Assembly: GCA_012026655.1 (NCBI GenBank)
Contig: JAAILG010000800.1
Location: forward strand, 1 to 64,000
Length of the DNA: 64,000 nt
Direction of reading: 5' to 3'
Origin: Hydrolagus affinis
Taxonomy: Eukaryota
This document shows, one piece after another, positions 1-11,354 of the stretch. Made by a program: the position numbers and the translations under genes. Under the pieces are notes generated by a model that did no database searches, was not told where the DNA came from, and saw only the letters and a program-made list of their open reading frames with translations. The stretch's first letter is position 1. Each line of letters starts with the position of its first letter.

Positions 1-16
1 TGTGTGTGTGTGTGTT
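1..16. repeat. (TG)n microsatellite in THBS1 intron 2; another at ~790-804
   Basis: Direct reading. Confidence 0.85.
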
Positions 17-227
17 TTATATGCGTCAGTACGTGTGTATGTATATACAGTATATATATTATATGTGTGAGGATGTGTTTATACCCAGTGAAATGAGCCA
101 GGTATTTGCTTTGCATTAAATACTCGCGTCGGTCAAATGTCTTCATGATTTCGGTCAAGATCCAAAGTTAAAAGGTATATTGTCACCTCCCCCCCCCCAC
201 CCCACACACACCTTTACTGTTTTGCAG

Positions 228-778
228 AGTCCGGAGCGGATGGGGTTTTCGACCTGTTTGACATCACGGGGCTGACCCGCAGGACTCCTGGAGTGCAAGT
301 GGTCAAAGGACCGGAGCGGAGCAGCCCAGCTTACAGGATCCTCAACGCCGACATCATCAAACCCGCCTCGTCCAACAGCTACAGCGACCTGATCGATCAC
401 GTTCACCAAGAGAAGGGATTCATCTTCCTGGCCACCCTGCGCCAGATGAAGAAGACCCGAGGAACCCTGGTGGCCATCGACACCCTGGAAGGCAGGCGCA
501 TTTTCGAGATCATGTCGAACGGAAAAGCCAACACCCTGGACCTGACGATCACCATCGAAGGTAAACAGAGCATGGTGTCCATCACCGATGCCCACCTGGC
601 CACCGCGCACTGGAAGAACCTCACCCTGTTTGTGCAGGAGGATGTGGCCACGCTCTATGTGGGCTGTGAGAAGATCAACCAGGTGGAACTGGAGGAAGTC
701 ATCTACAAGGTCCTGAAGACTGGCGACTACCAACTCAGGCTGGCCAAAGGTGGAACAGGACTTACCAACAACTTCAAG
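228..778 (+). CDS. THBS1: Thrombospondin-1 exon 3: N-terminal laminin-G/heparin-binding domain
   Basis: tttgcag acceptor, gtatgc donor; encodes (E)SGADGVFDLF...VKGPERSSPAYRI...FLATLRQMKKTRGTL...HWKNLTLFVQED...NNFK, a TSP-1 N-domain. Confidence 0.96.
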
Positions 779-1139
779 GTATGCAGGGGGGTGTGTGTGT
801 GTGTGGCTTAACTCAGCAAGGGCTTCTGCAGGGTTGAGCATTTATGTTGATATTCTCTTTACCAGTTTAAGAGATAATTGAGAGAAGAGAGAAAAAAAAA
901 CTTTTTTTTTCCCAAGTTCTAGTCAGTTATCCCAAACTCTTAAATCTGCTGTGGTCAGAGAAGTCAATGTGTACAAAAGAGAGTACCATCATAGCTTTCA
1001 TAATAACATGTTTTTTTTTTCCTCCCTACAATAAATATTAAGATGCAAATATTTGAATGCAAACAATATTAAATAAAATCTAACATATTAACAGGCCAAG
1101 TAGCTCAGACCAACAGTGTTTATTCTTTCTGTGCCACAG

Positions 1140-1215
1140 GGAATGCTGCAGAATGTGCGTTTCGTGTTTGGAACCAATTTGGAAACCATCCTGCTCAACA
1201 AGGGATGCTACAGAT
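1140..1215 (+). CDS. THBS1: THBS1 exon 4: end of N-domain
   Basis: cacag / gtgagt; GMLQNVRFVFGTNLETILLNKGCYR; 76 nt, phase 0 to 1. Confidence 0.95.
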
Positions 1216-1764
1216 GTGAGTACTAGACCCAGAGCGCAGACTCTGGAATGAATGTCTCCCACACAGGTTCTGCCAACATTCCTGTCGTGCAAGAAGAAGT
1301 TCAATTACAGTAGTGACATTTTTTAAATTAAAGAGTTTAAAATTAACTGGATCATGAAAACCTAATAAAAAGAAACACGCCCACAAGTCAGTTCGCCACA
1401 TCAGATATTTGAAAAGTGGAGGCTAAAAAGACAACACGGCCATTAAACTAGAGATTAGTGGCCAGCAAGGCAATTTTTGCTCATTTTGGTTAAATCTCAA
1501 AAGGTGCTCACCAACTGAGCTCTAATTCCTATACCTCAGTAGTAACATAGTTCACTCTATACTATAATAGGGTACTGATACATATATAAATATTTATTAT
1601 TTCCAGTCAAAATGAATCCATAAAGTCGAATGCTTCCCCTGGTGTTGAGAGTTTGAAGAGAACTTCAACTCAGACATTTACTGGGTGAGATCTCCTTAGC
1701 TAACCTGTTGAGGAAACATACTGCTCTTGAACAATTGCTGAAGCTGCTCCTCTCTGTTTTCTAG

Positions 1765-1958
1765 CCACTCGTGGGACTGTTACTTTACCAATTGAAGGCT
1801 CTGAAAAACCAGCTCGCAGAACTGATTATTCTGGTCTCAAAATCAAGGATCTTCAGACCATTTGCGGTATCTCCTGTGATGAACTGACCCACATGTTCAG
1901 TGAACTTAAAACCCTCAGGAAGCTAGTGACTCAGTTGGTTGACAACATCCGGAAAGTG
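1765..1958 (+). CDS. THBS1: THBS1 exon 5: linker, interchain cysteines and trimerising coiled coil
   Basis: ttctag / gtaagt; KDLQTICGISCDELTHMFSELKTLRKLVTQLVDNIRKV; phase 1 to 0. Confidence 0.94.
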
Positions 1959-2081
1959 GTAAGTAAATTAGAGCTGTTAAATAACAACATTTTAGATGTT
2001 TCAATACTGTAGTTATCTTTAAAGCTCAAGAGTGGTTTCCTTTGTATCATAATGAACTATCATGCCTCCCCCTTTTCCCAG

Positions 2082-2210
2082 ACTGCAGAAAATGAATTTA
2101 TCGCCAAAACGATTGGAATCAAACAGATAGGAGAATGTCTTCACAACCAAATGCGCTACAAAGACAAAGACCATTGGAAAGTGGACAACTGCACAGAATG
2201 CAGCTGTGAG
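2082..2210 (+). CDS. THBS1: THBS1 exon 6: vWC/procollagen domain, first half
   Basis: cccag / gtaaaa; TAENEFIAK...CLHNQMRYKDKDHWKVDNCTECSCE. Confidence 0.94.
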
Positions 2211-2607
2211 GTAAAAGCTTGAAATACTTTATCCAACTCCATTATTTTAAATTACAAGTAGATTAGATTACAAAATGTAACATTATAAGATTTAGAATTT
2301 GTTTTGTTTTTACCTCAGATATAATATGGTACCAGTTTAAAACTGTTACTTTTGTTCAAAACAGCAATCGTTGAGTAAATGTTATCAAATAGAACATTTA
2401 TGGAAAATGAGTGTGAAAAATATTTGAACATGAGGCCTATAAATCTGAAAGGTACTGTCAGCTGTGGGAACATATGTAAATCTTTTTGAAGGAACAATAA
2501 GTTTGATACTTCTACCAGCTTGTAGAGACAGTATTGTTTTCAACAATGTGTTCAATGAATGGCTTTATGTACCCACAGCCTTGTCTCACCTTTACTTTTC
2601 TTTTCAG

Positions 2608-2701
2608 TTAGCGATTACAACTTGCCAAAGGATATCATGCCCTACTGTATCCTGTGCTAATGCTGTGGTTCCAGATGGAGAATGCTGTGCTCGATGCCCA
2701 T
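2608..2701 (+). CDS. THBS1: THBS1 exon 7: vWC domain, second half
   Basis: ttttcag / gtatgt; LAITTCQRISCPTVSCANAVVPDGECCARCP. Confidence 0.94.
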
Positions 2702-3465
2702 GTATGTACTAATGATGTAAATCTAAATAATAACTGTTACCTGATGAGTTAGACACAAAAGAATGCAGTGTAAGCGTTCATAGGGAACAAAGTATTCCAC
2801 TATGAGACACCACTGAGGAATGATTGGTGTTCAATGCAATCCTATGTCAATTTATATACCGTGTGTAAAACCATAAATCCTTATCAGCAGATGCCAGCAA
2901 AATTAAGCAGTCAAGAGATGCACAATTTCTGGAAGATTATTCAATATAAATAAATCCATTACACGACAGATTTTTTTCAGATCAAATGTGTTGGAAATCA
3001 TTTCTGAAGGATAACTTGTACATAATTGTACAATGGCTTCCCTAGAAAACCCCAGCAGCATTCAAAGTCAGACATGAAATTTACAAGCCAAAAATATTCA
3101 GAGCAAACTTCCCTTCTGAAATAATTCTACATTTGCAAAACCGTAATTTGTGTGGAAGTTTGCTTATTTTGGCTGCCAAACACAGAGCTAAAAGACTGGA
3201 CATTCCTTAATGTTTTTCATGTGGTTTTGTCTTTCGTCACAAATCAAGAAAGGTGAGGTTTGAAAGTCTAGACATAAAGATAGCACATTTAACCATAGGA
3301 ATATCTTATGGGTGTTAATCTTTGCCTGAAGCAAATACATTTCATGAAAACATGTACAGACTTTGTAATACTGATAGGTTATACGTAAAGCAAGTTTCGT
3401 TTGTAATTTTTTTTAAATCCCAGTTAGTAGGTGTAAAAGTATCTCATTCACTTCTCAACCCACAG

Positions 3466-3642
3466 CAATTCCAAATGAATCTGAAGCTGGCTGGTCTCCA
3501 TGGTCTGAATGGACACACTGTTCTGTCACTTGTGGCATTGGAACACAACAGCGCGGCCGCTCTTGTGATCGGATTAATAGCGACTGTCATGGGACTTCTG
3601 TTCAGACTCGCAGTTGTCATTTGGAAGAGTGTGACAAGAGAT
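3466..3642 (+). CDS. THBS1: THBS1 exon 8: TSR (type 1) repeat 1
   Basis: cacag / gtaagt; [27 protein letters not shown]...ECDKR. Confidence 0.96.
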
Positions 3643-3967
3643 GTAAGTGTTCTTACCAACCCACCCACCCACACAAACAAAGTATATTTCTACTGTTCTA
3701 CAAAATTTAATAAGTCAACACAGCTTCATTCCATTACATTCTCCACACCACAGATGAGGAAAGAGGCAACATAAACACTAATGTGGTTCAAAAGCAGATA
3801 TGCTACTGCTTCAGACACAGTGTTATTATATATTTATCAATGACAAATATTTAAAATGCTGGCTTAATTCATGAGTCTGTCATTTGTAATCTGTCAGTCT
3901 ATTGTGCTAAGTGCACAAAGCAAAATACTGGCACAGTGGTTTTAAAATTACTCTCTTTCTTTTCCAG

Positions 3968-4144
3968 TCAAGCAAGATGGTAGTTGGAGTTATTGGTCCC
4001 CTTGGTCCTCATGCTCAGTTACCTGTGGTACTGGAGTCATCACTCGAATCCGCCTGTGTAACTCACCAATGCCACAAATGGGTGGTAAAGACTGCAGAGG
4101 AGAGAAGAGAGAAACTGAAAAATGTGAACAGAAGCCATGTCCAA
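3968..4144 (+). CDS. THBS1: THBS1 exon 9: TSR repeat 2
   Basis: ttccag / gtaagt; (F)[33 protein letters not shown]...; completes KRFK across the exon 8/9 junction. Confidence 0.96.
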
Positions 4145-4499
4145 GTAAGTAATCATGAAACAAACTAGAGAAAGATCTGCCTTTAAATAACAATCAGTTT
4201 ACAATGGTTTATAGCAGAACTACAACTGTATTATGAGTCAGACATTGCTCTACTTAAGAAAGGGCAGAATGTCATTAATTTTAGTCAGTACATTATATTT
4301 GTTAACATATCCAAAGCTAAAACAAATATATGGAACCAGTTAACATTGTTGGGATTTAGGTAGGATTTCATTTGTTTGCATAAAAATACTTTATTAATCA
4401 TTAATCCACGTTGGAGCTGAAAAATGAAACCTAGCGATGTGTACTTTGGGTTGTGCACAATTCTCAAATCATCCATTTTGTTTTGTCTCCATTTTTCAG

Positions 4500-4673
4500 T
4501 TGATGGAAACTGGGGTGTCTGGTCACCATGGGATTCTTGCACTGTCTCCTGTGGTGGTGGAGTTCAGAAACGAACACGCCTTTGCAACAGTCCAGCACCA
4601 AAATATGGTGGCAAAAAATGTGTGGGCAACACTCGCGAATCTCAACTATGCAGTAAATTAGAGTGCCCAATTG
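4500..4673 (+). CDS. THBS1: THBS1 exon 10: TSR repeat 3
   Basis: tttcag / gtaagt; [38 protein letters not shown]...CPI. Confidence 0.96.
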
Positions 4674-4788
4674 GTAAGTTTCTAAAGTGCCTGTAATTAA
4701 ATGTAACACTTTCATCCAAGTTAGCATCTATTTTGCATCTTTTGACATTTGAAACTCAGCGACTCATATGCAAATGTTTAACTTCCAG

Positions 4789-4916
4789 ATGGATGTCTAT
4801 CAAATCCATGCTTTGCTAATGTCAAGTGCACCAGTTTCCGAGACGGTACCTGGAAATGTAGTGACTGTCCTTCTGGTTACAGAGGAAATGGCATTAAATG
4901 TGAAGATATCAATGAG
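4789..4916 (+). CDS. THBS1: THBS1 exon 11: EGF-like repeat 1
   Basis: ttccag / gttagt; [24 protein letters not shown]...[11 protein letters not shown]. Confidence 0.96.
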
Positions 4917-5035
4917 GTTAGTACAGTAATTGAGTCCAAATATTTGGACCATACTTCAGTATGTTTAAACTAACCTGTAAATTTCTGTAAACTATGGAAC
5001 CCATATTCTAACTTCAGTTTTTACATTTTTTTTAG

Positions 5036-5188
5036 TGCAAAGAAGTACCTGACACTTGCTTCAGTGTCAATGAAGAGCAACGGTGTGAAAACACAGAACC
5101 AGGTTACCACTGTCAACCCTGTCCACTACGATATACTGGCAATCAACCATTCGGCAATGGCATTGAAGATGCAACAAACAATAAGCAG
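5036..5188 (+). CDS. THBS1: THBS1 exon 12: EGF-like repeat 2
   Basis: ttttag / gtgagc; CKEVPDTCF...[24 protein letters not shown]...NKQ. Confidence 0.96.
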
Positions 5189-5406
5189 GTGAGCTTCAAT
5201 CACTAGCAGGTCAACACAAGGATGAAACTAAAAACTGTTATATTTACATTCAATCAATGAAGCATGCTTTGAGTTGGGAGTAACTAGTGGATAGATCTGT
5301 CAAGAAAAGCAACATGTTATTGTAAATATTAGAGAGGAGAACTGGATTAAATGATTTATTTGCTTGAAAGGCATGAGACCAACTTGTTCTTCTGTACTTA
5401 ACATAG

Positions 5407-5625
5407 GTCTGTGAGCCACGGAATCCCTGCAAAGATGGGACACATAATTGCAACAAGCACGCTAAGTGTATTTACCTTGGCATCTTCAGCGACCCAATGT
5501 TCCGTTGTGAATGTAGGCCTGGTTATGCTGGCAATGGCATCATCTGTGGTGAAGATACTGATCTAGATGGTTGGCCAAATGGAGATCTTACCTGTGTAGC
5601 TAATGCTACTTACCACTGCAAAAAG
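5407..5625 (+). CDS. THBS1: THBS1 exon 13: EGF-like repeat 3 and start of type 3 repeats
   Basis: catag / gtaagc; [16 protein letters not shown]...[20 protein letters not shown]...ANATYHCKK. Confidence 0.97.
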
Positions 5626-6145
5626 GTAAGCTATCATTCCTCAAATTCTGAATTGCTCAACATTTTGCCCTCGTATGATTCACTATCCAGTAACATTATT
5701 AGTGAATGAATTTCCTAGATTAATTATGGTATATTATTTGGAATAAAGGTAGGAAACTGTCAGCACCTTTACAGTTCAGGCAAGATTTGTGTTAGCCTCG
5801 GGATAATTTTTTTTAAAAAGTACTAAACATATGCCAGAAATAATGAATTTAGCAACGTATCAGATGCAAAATTATCTTGTCAGTTCTATGTTGAGGTAAA
5901 TCCACATTGTGCCAGGTAGCACAAGGGTGTGGTTTGTGTGAAGGTTTTTTTTTGTCAGAAAATGTCTGTTGCCATTAGTTACACAGCCTTATTTTGATTT
6001 AATGTAGGAACACCCCATTTCTTTTTATTAGACAGCTGGTTGAAGTCAACCAGAACATTCCTGAATCCATGCTTAAGGTTCTTTTTCTTTGAAGATAATC
6101 TGGTTATAATAGTTAAATTGCATTCTTCCCTTGTTTTATATTTAG

Positions 6146-6253
6146 GATAACTGCCCATCCCTCCCCAACTCTGGTCAAGAAGACCATGATAAAGATGGAA
6201 CTGGTGATGCCTGTGACAGTGATGATGACAACGATGGCATGCCAGATGAAAGG
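6146..6253 (+). CDS. THBS1: THBS1 exon 14: type 3 Ca-binding repeats
   Basis: tttag / gtaaga; [36 protein letters not shown]. Confidence 0.97.
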
Positions 6254-6640
6254 GTAAGATCTGTTGCTCCACAATCATTTTGCAAGGACAAACAGCCTTA
6301 GTTAAATCTCCTTTAAGACCTATAACAGTTATTGTGAAAGAAACTCACCGCAGCAGTATGAATACATTGGTTATTGGAAGGAAGATAATCATTAGATCAG
6401 AGATATCTTTTGGCTCTAAGCTTTGTGTTTTCACACCCACATGCACATAAGAGCAAGTACCTTGCTGAGATTCACTTCCAGCAGCCTAAAGCCTAGAGTA
6501 CCACAACTGAATTGCGAATAGTTGTTGCAGTTGAATAATGAAGGAGTTTGATATTATACTGTATTAAATATGGCATATTTTCATTAAATAAATCCTGTGT
6601 GTACCTCTAACCATCCCGTAACTTACTTCATATTTATTAG

Positions 6641-6847
<207 letters not shown>

Positions 6848-6983
6848 TAACATACCAAACTTGATTGTTCTACAATGTGTAAATATTAAACCATTCACCA
6901 TTACCTTAAAATGGTAAAAACCTAGAGAAAGCAACTTTATAATGAAGTTCCAGATAAATATTATTAGTACTCTTGTTTTCCAG

Positions 6984-7102
6984 GCATTCTCAATGAGAAG
7001 GACAATTGTCCCTACGTGTACAATGTTGACCAGAGAGATACAGATTTAGATGGTGTTGGTGATCACTGCGACAATTGCCCACTAGAACATAATCCAGATC
7101 AG
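6984..7102 (+). CDS. THBS1: THBS1 exon 16: type 3 repeats
   Basis: ttccag / gtaagt; [40 protein letters not shown]. Confidence 0.97.
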
Positions 7103-8250
7103 GTAAGTTTATTTTAATTTAAAAAAACAATGAAAGTGAATACAAATACTGCTCTAAATCTAGGCTAAAAGGGCATATTGTTTTTAAAAAAAGTTTTAAT
7201 TAAAAAAAATATAATTTTTACATCTGGGGTATTATTTGCACTGTATAAAGAAAACCAGTGTTCAAAGAATTATCCATTTCCTTTAAAACATAATTCTAAA
7301 TCTTTGGTGTTTAGCTTCCTTTACTCTTTAAACAACAACTCTGTTTTGTGACAGTTTTAACATATACATCCTGTTTGTTCAAAAACTTGAGAATTAATAC
7401 TGCCTAATCATGTGTAAAAGTCTTTTAACTCACAGACTTTACAAAACAACCACTTGTGGCACAAAGCACAATATGTATGTGGAGAAGGTTGAATGTTGGC
7501 CATGATCGCCTCTCACATTCTTAGATCATCATTTGTAGGTTTTTCACACCAACAACTACGCCTTTTATATGATCATAGAGAAACTGGTTCTTCAATGTTT
7601 TGTATTCCAAAGCATTAAGCAATGACTTCAATGGAAAACAGATTATTATAGAGATTTGAGAACACCCATTGTATTGCAGTTGATCTTGTGTTGTCAGTGA
7701 TAGATAGGTTGTAATAAACAGTTGTAAGATAATTGGAGTGAAGCATTAGAGATGCAAATAAATTGAAACATCTTTTAGTGCAAGACATTTATTGTTTAAT
7801 TCCTAATAGCTAACATTGCTTAAAGTTCAACTGCTCATAAATGCATACTGCAGCTACCGAGGAATGATTGTAATGCTGGGAATATTTGTGGTATGAGGCA
7901 CAGGCAAACAGAAATCTTGTGTTAATGTAACTGTGGCAGTAAAGTGATACCAGCTTGTAGCTAGTTTTAAAATGCTACTGGTCCAAAGTCAGTCCAAGGT
8001 GAAATTGATTTTGTACATCCAGCTGCACAGATGTGGCAACATCCTCACAGCCACATGATACCCTTAGCAATTGTACTGCTTCCAACTAATGTGACTTTGT
8101 TTGAACTTGCAACAAGGAATGGTTAGCATAAAATTCATTGATATTTCCAAAAATACACTCTTTAATTGTTCAGGAGTCTGTGATAGTAATATTTAGTAAT
8201 GTATTTCAAATTGGCAAACAGAATAAACTATTTGTGCTATCTAATTTCAG

Positions 8251-8485
8251 GCTGATTCTGACTCTGATCTTGTGGGAGACGAGTGTGATAATAATCAGGA
8301 TATTGATGAAGATGGTCACCAAAACAATCTAGATAATTGTCCCTACATTCCCAATGCTAACCAATTGGACCATGACAAAGATGGCAAGGGTGATGCCTGT
8401 GATCACGATGACGACAATGATGGCATCCCTGATGAAAAGGACAACTGTAGGGTGAAATTTAATCCTGACCAACTTGACTCTGATG
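8251..8485 (+). CDS. THBS1: THBS1 exon 17: type 3 repeats
   Basis: tttcag / gtaaga; [38 protein letters not shown]...DSD. Confidence 0.97.
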
Positions 8486-8683
8486 GTAAGAATATTTTAC
8501 ATTTGTACTGCCATTGGATACCATAGAAAAATTGCATGTAGCTATCTACACATTTAGCATAATTTCATGCATAATCTGGGAATATAATGCACTTCATTAA
8601 CTAGTACCAAATAACAAAATATTCAAGTCTGCTTTGAGAACTTTGGTCTTTGTCATAGACAAAACTATTTCTTTTTTGTTCAG

Positions 8684-8911
8684 GTGATGGGCGAGGTGAC
8701 GCTTGCAAGGATGATTTTGATGGAGATAACATCCTGGATATATATGATGTCTGCCCTGAAAACTTTGATATCAGTGAGACTGACTTCCGCAAATTCCAGA
8801 TGGTCCCATTGGATCCAAAGGGAACATCTCAAATTGATCCCAACTGGGTGGTTCGACACCAGGGCAAAGAGTTGGTGCAGACTGTTAACTGTGATCCTGG
8901 TATTGCTGTAG
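8684..8911 (+). CDS. THBS1: THBS1 exon 18: last type 3 repeat with RGD (8692-8700), start of C-terminal domain
   Basis: ttcag / gtaagt; [13 protein letters not shown]...[44 protein letters not shown]. Confidence 0.97.
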   Translation: MMGEVTLARMILMEITSWIYMMSALKTLISVRLTSANSRWSHWIQREHLKLIPTGWFDTRAKSWCRLLTVILVLL

Positions 8912-9524
8912 GTAAGTGAGCAGTAAACAATAATAATCATTTCATTTGATATGGTATCTTATCATCACTGTTGAAATGTCTCAAAGCACTGCACAAAATT
9001 TCTTGTAACATGCAGTAACTTTGTTTTTGTAGATGAACGACATATGCAAAAGATAGTAAATTCCAGATGGTACTTTATTGCCACCTTAAAGTACACAATT
9101 GGATCAGCGTTAAAGTTATATACGCTTCATCCTATCTTTCCGATCAAATTGTTAATCAATGATTATTTGAATTTTCCAGGTTCAAGTCTGACTGTATTTA
9201 TAGCAGAGTATTTTTCAGGGATTGTCCTATGTCCTTATGATAAAATTAAACCTACTCTATATAGAAGCTAGATACAATTATTCCCCCCAAAGTGTCGATA
9301 TTTATACCAAGGCACAGTGAGACTGTGCTACATGACATTTCCTATATGAGACAGGACAATATGTTATTCCAGGGATGGACTGCCACGTGTTAGTATACAT
9401 CATTAATGTATGTGGCTTGCAACATGAATAAAGTATATTATCTTAAAATTGCCCACTTGAACAAAAGTCTAGGCAAAATAGGCCATTGAAACAATCACTT
9501 AATATCTTTTGCCTTTATTTGTAG

Positions 9525-9796
9525 GATTTGATGAATTCAATTCTGTGGACTTCAGCGGCACTTTCTTCATTAATACTGAGAGAGATGATGACTATGCTGG
9601 ATTTGTCTTTGGATACCAGTCTAGCAGTCGTTTCTATGTAGTCATGTGGAAACAGATCACACAAACATACTGGCATGAAACACCAACCAAAGCACAGGGC
9701 TATGCTGGACTTTCTATCAAGGTGGTGAACTCTACAACTGGTCCAGGAGAACACTTGCGTAATGCTCTGTGGCACACTGGGAATACAAGTGCACAG
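9525..9796 (+). CDS. THBS1: THBS1 exon 19: L-lectin C-terminal domain with RFYVVMWK (9629-9652)
   Basis: tgtag / gtaaga; [44 protein letters not shown]...[17 protein letters not shown]. Confidence 0.97.
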
Positions 9797-10229
9797 GTAA
9801 GAGAATCTACCATGTGAAACTAAATATACTACTGGTACAAAACACATTTGCTCCACATAGCTGTAAAAGGTGCAGCTTACAGTATTGCAGAAATAATTCT
9901 TACAAAAGATAATGTTTCTAATTCCCAAGCGGGAATAATTTTTAACTAAAGTTGAAATGTTGAAAAATAAGAATATAGTCTATTAGAAGTGTATATATAT
10001 AGATATAAAGTACACAGAAATTATATTTATCTGTCAAGATAAAAGCCTTACCTAATGATGCAATGACAGGGTGTTCATCCTGAAAGTACGACGCAAATTA
10101 AAATGACATTTTGTGTGATTAGAGTCAGCCCTTTATTTGAAGATATGTAAATCCTCTACATACATAATACAGATAATGTTCTCAAGTAACCTTTTTTTGT
10201 GTACTGAAGGCACAGCCCTTTGTGGTGTA

Positions 10230-10510
10230 CAGTTCCACAGGCACCCTCTGATACAAAGCCAAAGTAGTAATTTTTCATTCTTCAAGCTTGTTCCTATCTG
10301 CCCTGCACTTTCCAGAAGAGGGCACTGAATAGCACTGAATCAGTAATAGAATCCCAGTGAATTTCCTCCCGCTCCTTAACTGAAGAGGTGCTGGGTTAAA
10401 TGTAACAAACAACTGTCGCCCAGGTTGAGATAACCTAACTCAGTATGGACCAGAAACTCAAACGTCCAACCTTGGGACTTATATGGCTTAGTGCTGCACC
10501 AGGCACTCTG
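10230..10510 (-). mobile_element. Old, degenerate tRNA-headed SINE in THBS1 intron 19
   Basis: Reverse complement resembles 61950-62060 (GGTCTGTGTTGAATTAACTGATCTCA vs GGTCCATACTGAGTTAGGTTATCTCA); boundaries approximate. Confidence 0.45.
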
Positions 10511-10626
10511 TTTGTTGCTTAGACTAGCAGAGGAGCAATAATACCAATTCATCTGCATGAAAATACGTTTTCTTTGCCTTTTTAATTTGAGAACCAAGTG
10601 CTGAATTTAGTTTCTTTATCTGTCAG

Positions 10627-10724
10627 GTCCGCACTTTGTGGCACGATCCTCGTAACATTGGATGGAAGGACAAGGCTGCTTACAGATGGCAGCTCACACA
10701 CAGACCCAAAACTGGATTCATCAG
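10627..10724 (+). CDS. THBS1: THBS1 exon 20: C-terminal domain
   Basis: gtcag / gtaatc; [33 protein letters not shown]. Confidence 0.97.
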
Positions 10725-10837
10725 GTAATCATCTCATGGACTATCCTGCTAAGATTTTGAAGCAACTGTTCCAGACAAGCTCAAGCAAGATCCATCAGAA
10801 ATAAATTGTCGATTCAGTTACTTTCATCAGTGGATAA

Positions 10838-11098
<261 letters not shown>

Positions 11099-11346
11099 TA
11101 ATATTGTATTAACATTTAAGGTGCATGACGGAATGAGCTTTGTTCCTGGTTAATTTAGCAGAGTGTGGGTTAAGCGGATAGTACAAGAGAACATTTTCAG
11201 AATTTATTAAATATAACCTTATTTTAAGCAAATATAATTCTGTTAAAGTAAGAGTCATTTTGATTTAGAGGCATTGTGATAGTCTATTAAGACTCAATGT
11301 GGTTTTTGTGCTGAAGTGCCTGACTTTTTTTTCCTTCTCTTGTCAG

Positions 11347-11354
11347 ATTCATAA
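11347..11354 (+). CDS. THBS1: THBS1 exon 22 coding part (D-S-stop)
   Basis: Pyrimidine tract and tgtcag acceptor, then AT TCA TAA; completes phase-1 G|AT. Confidence 0.92.

Noticed and set aside
155-841. 228-aa minus-strand ORF
   Set aside because: Antisense shadow of the GC3-rich THBS1 exon 3; no recognisable protein
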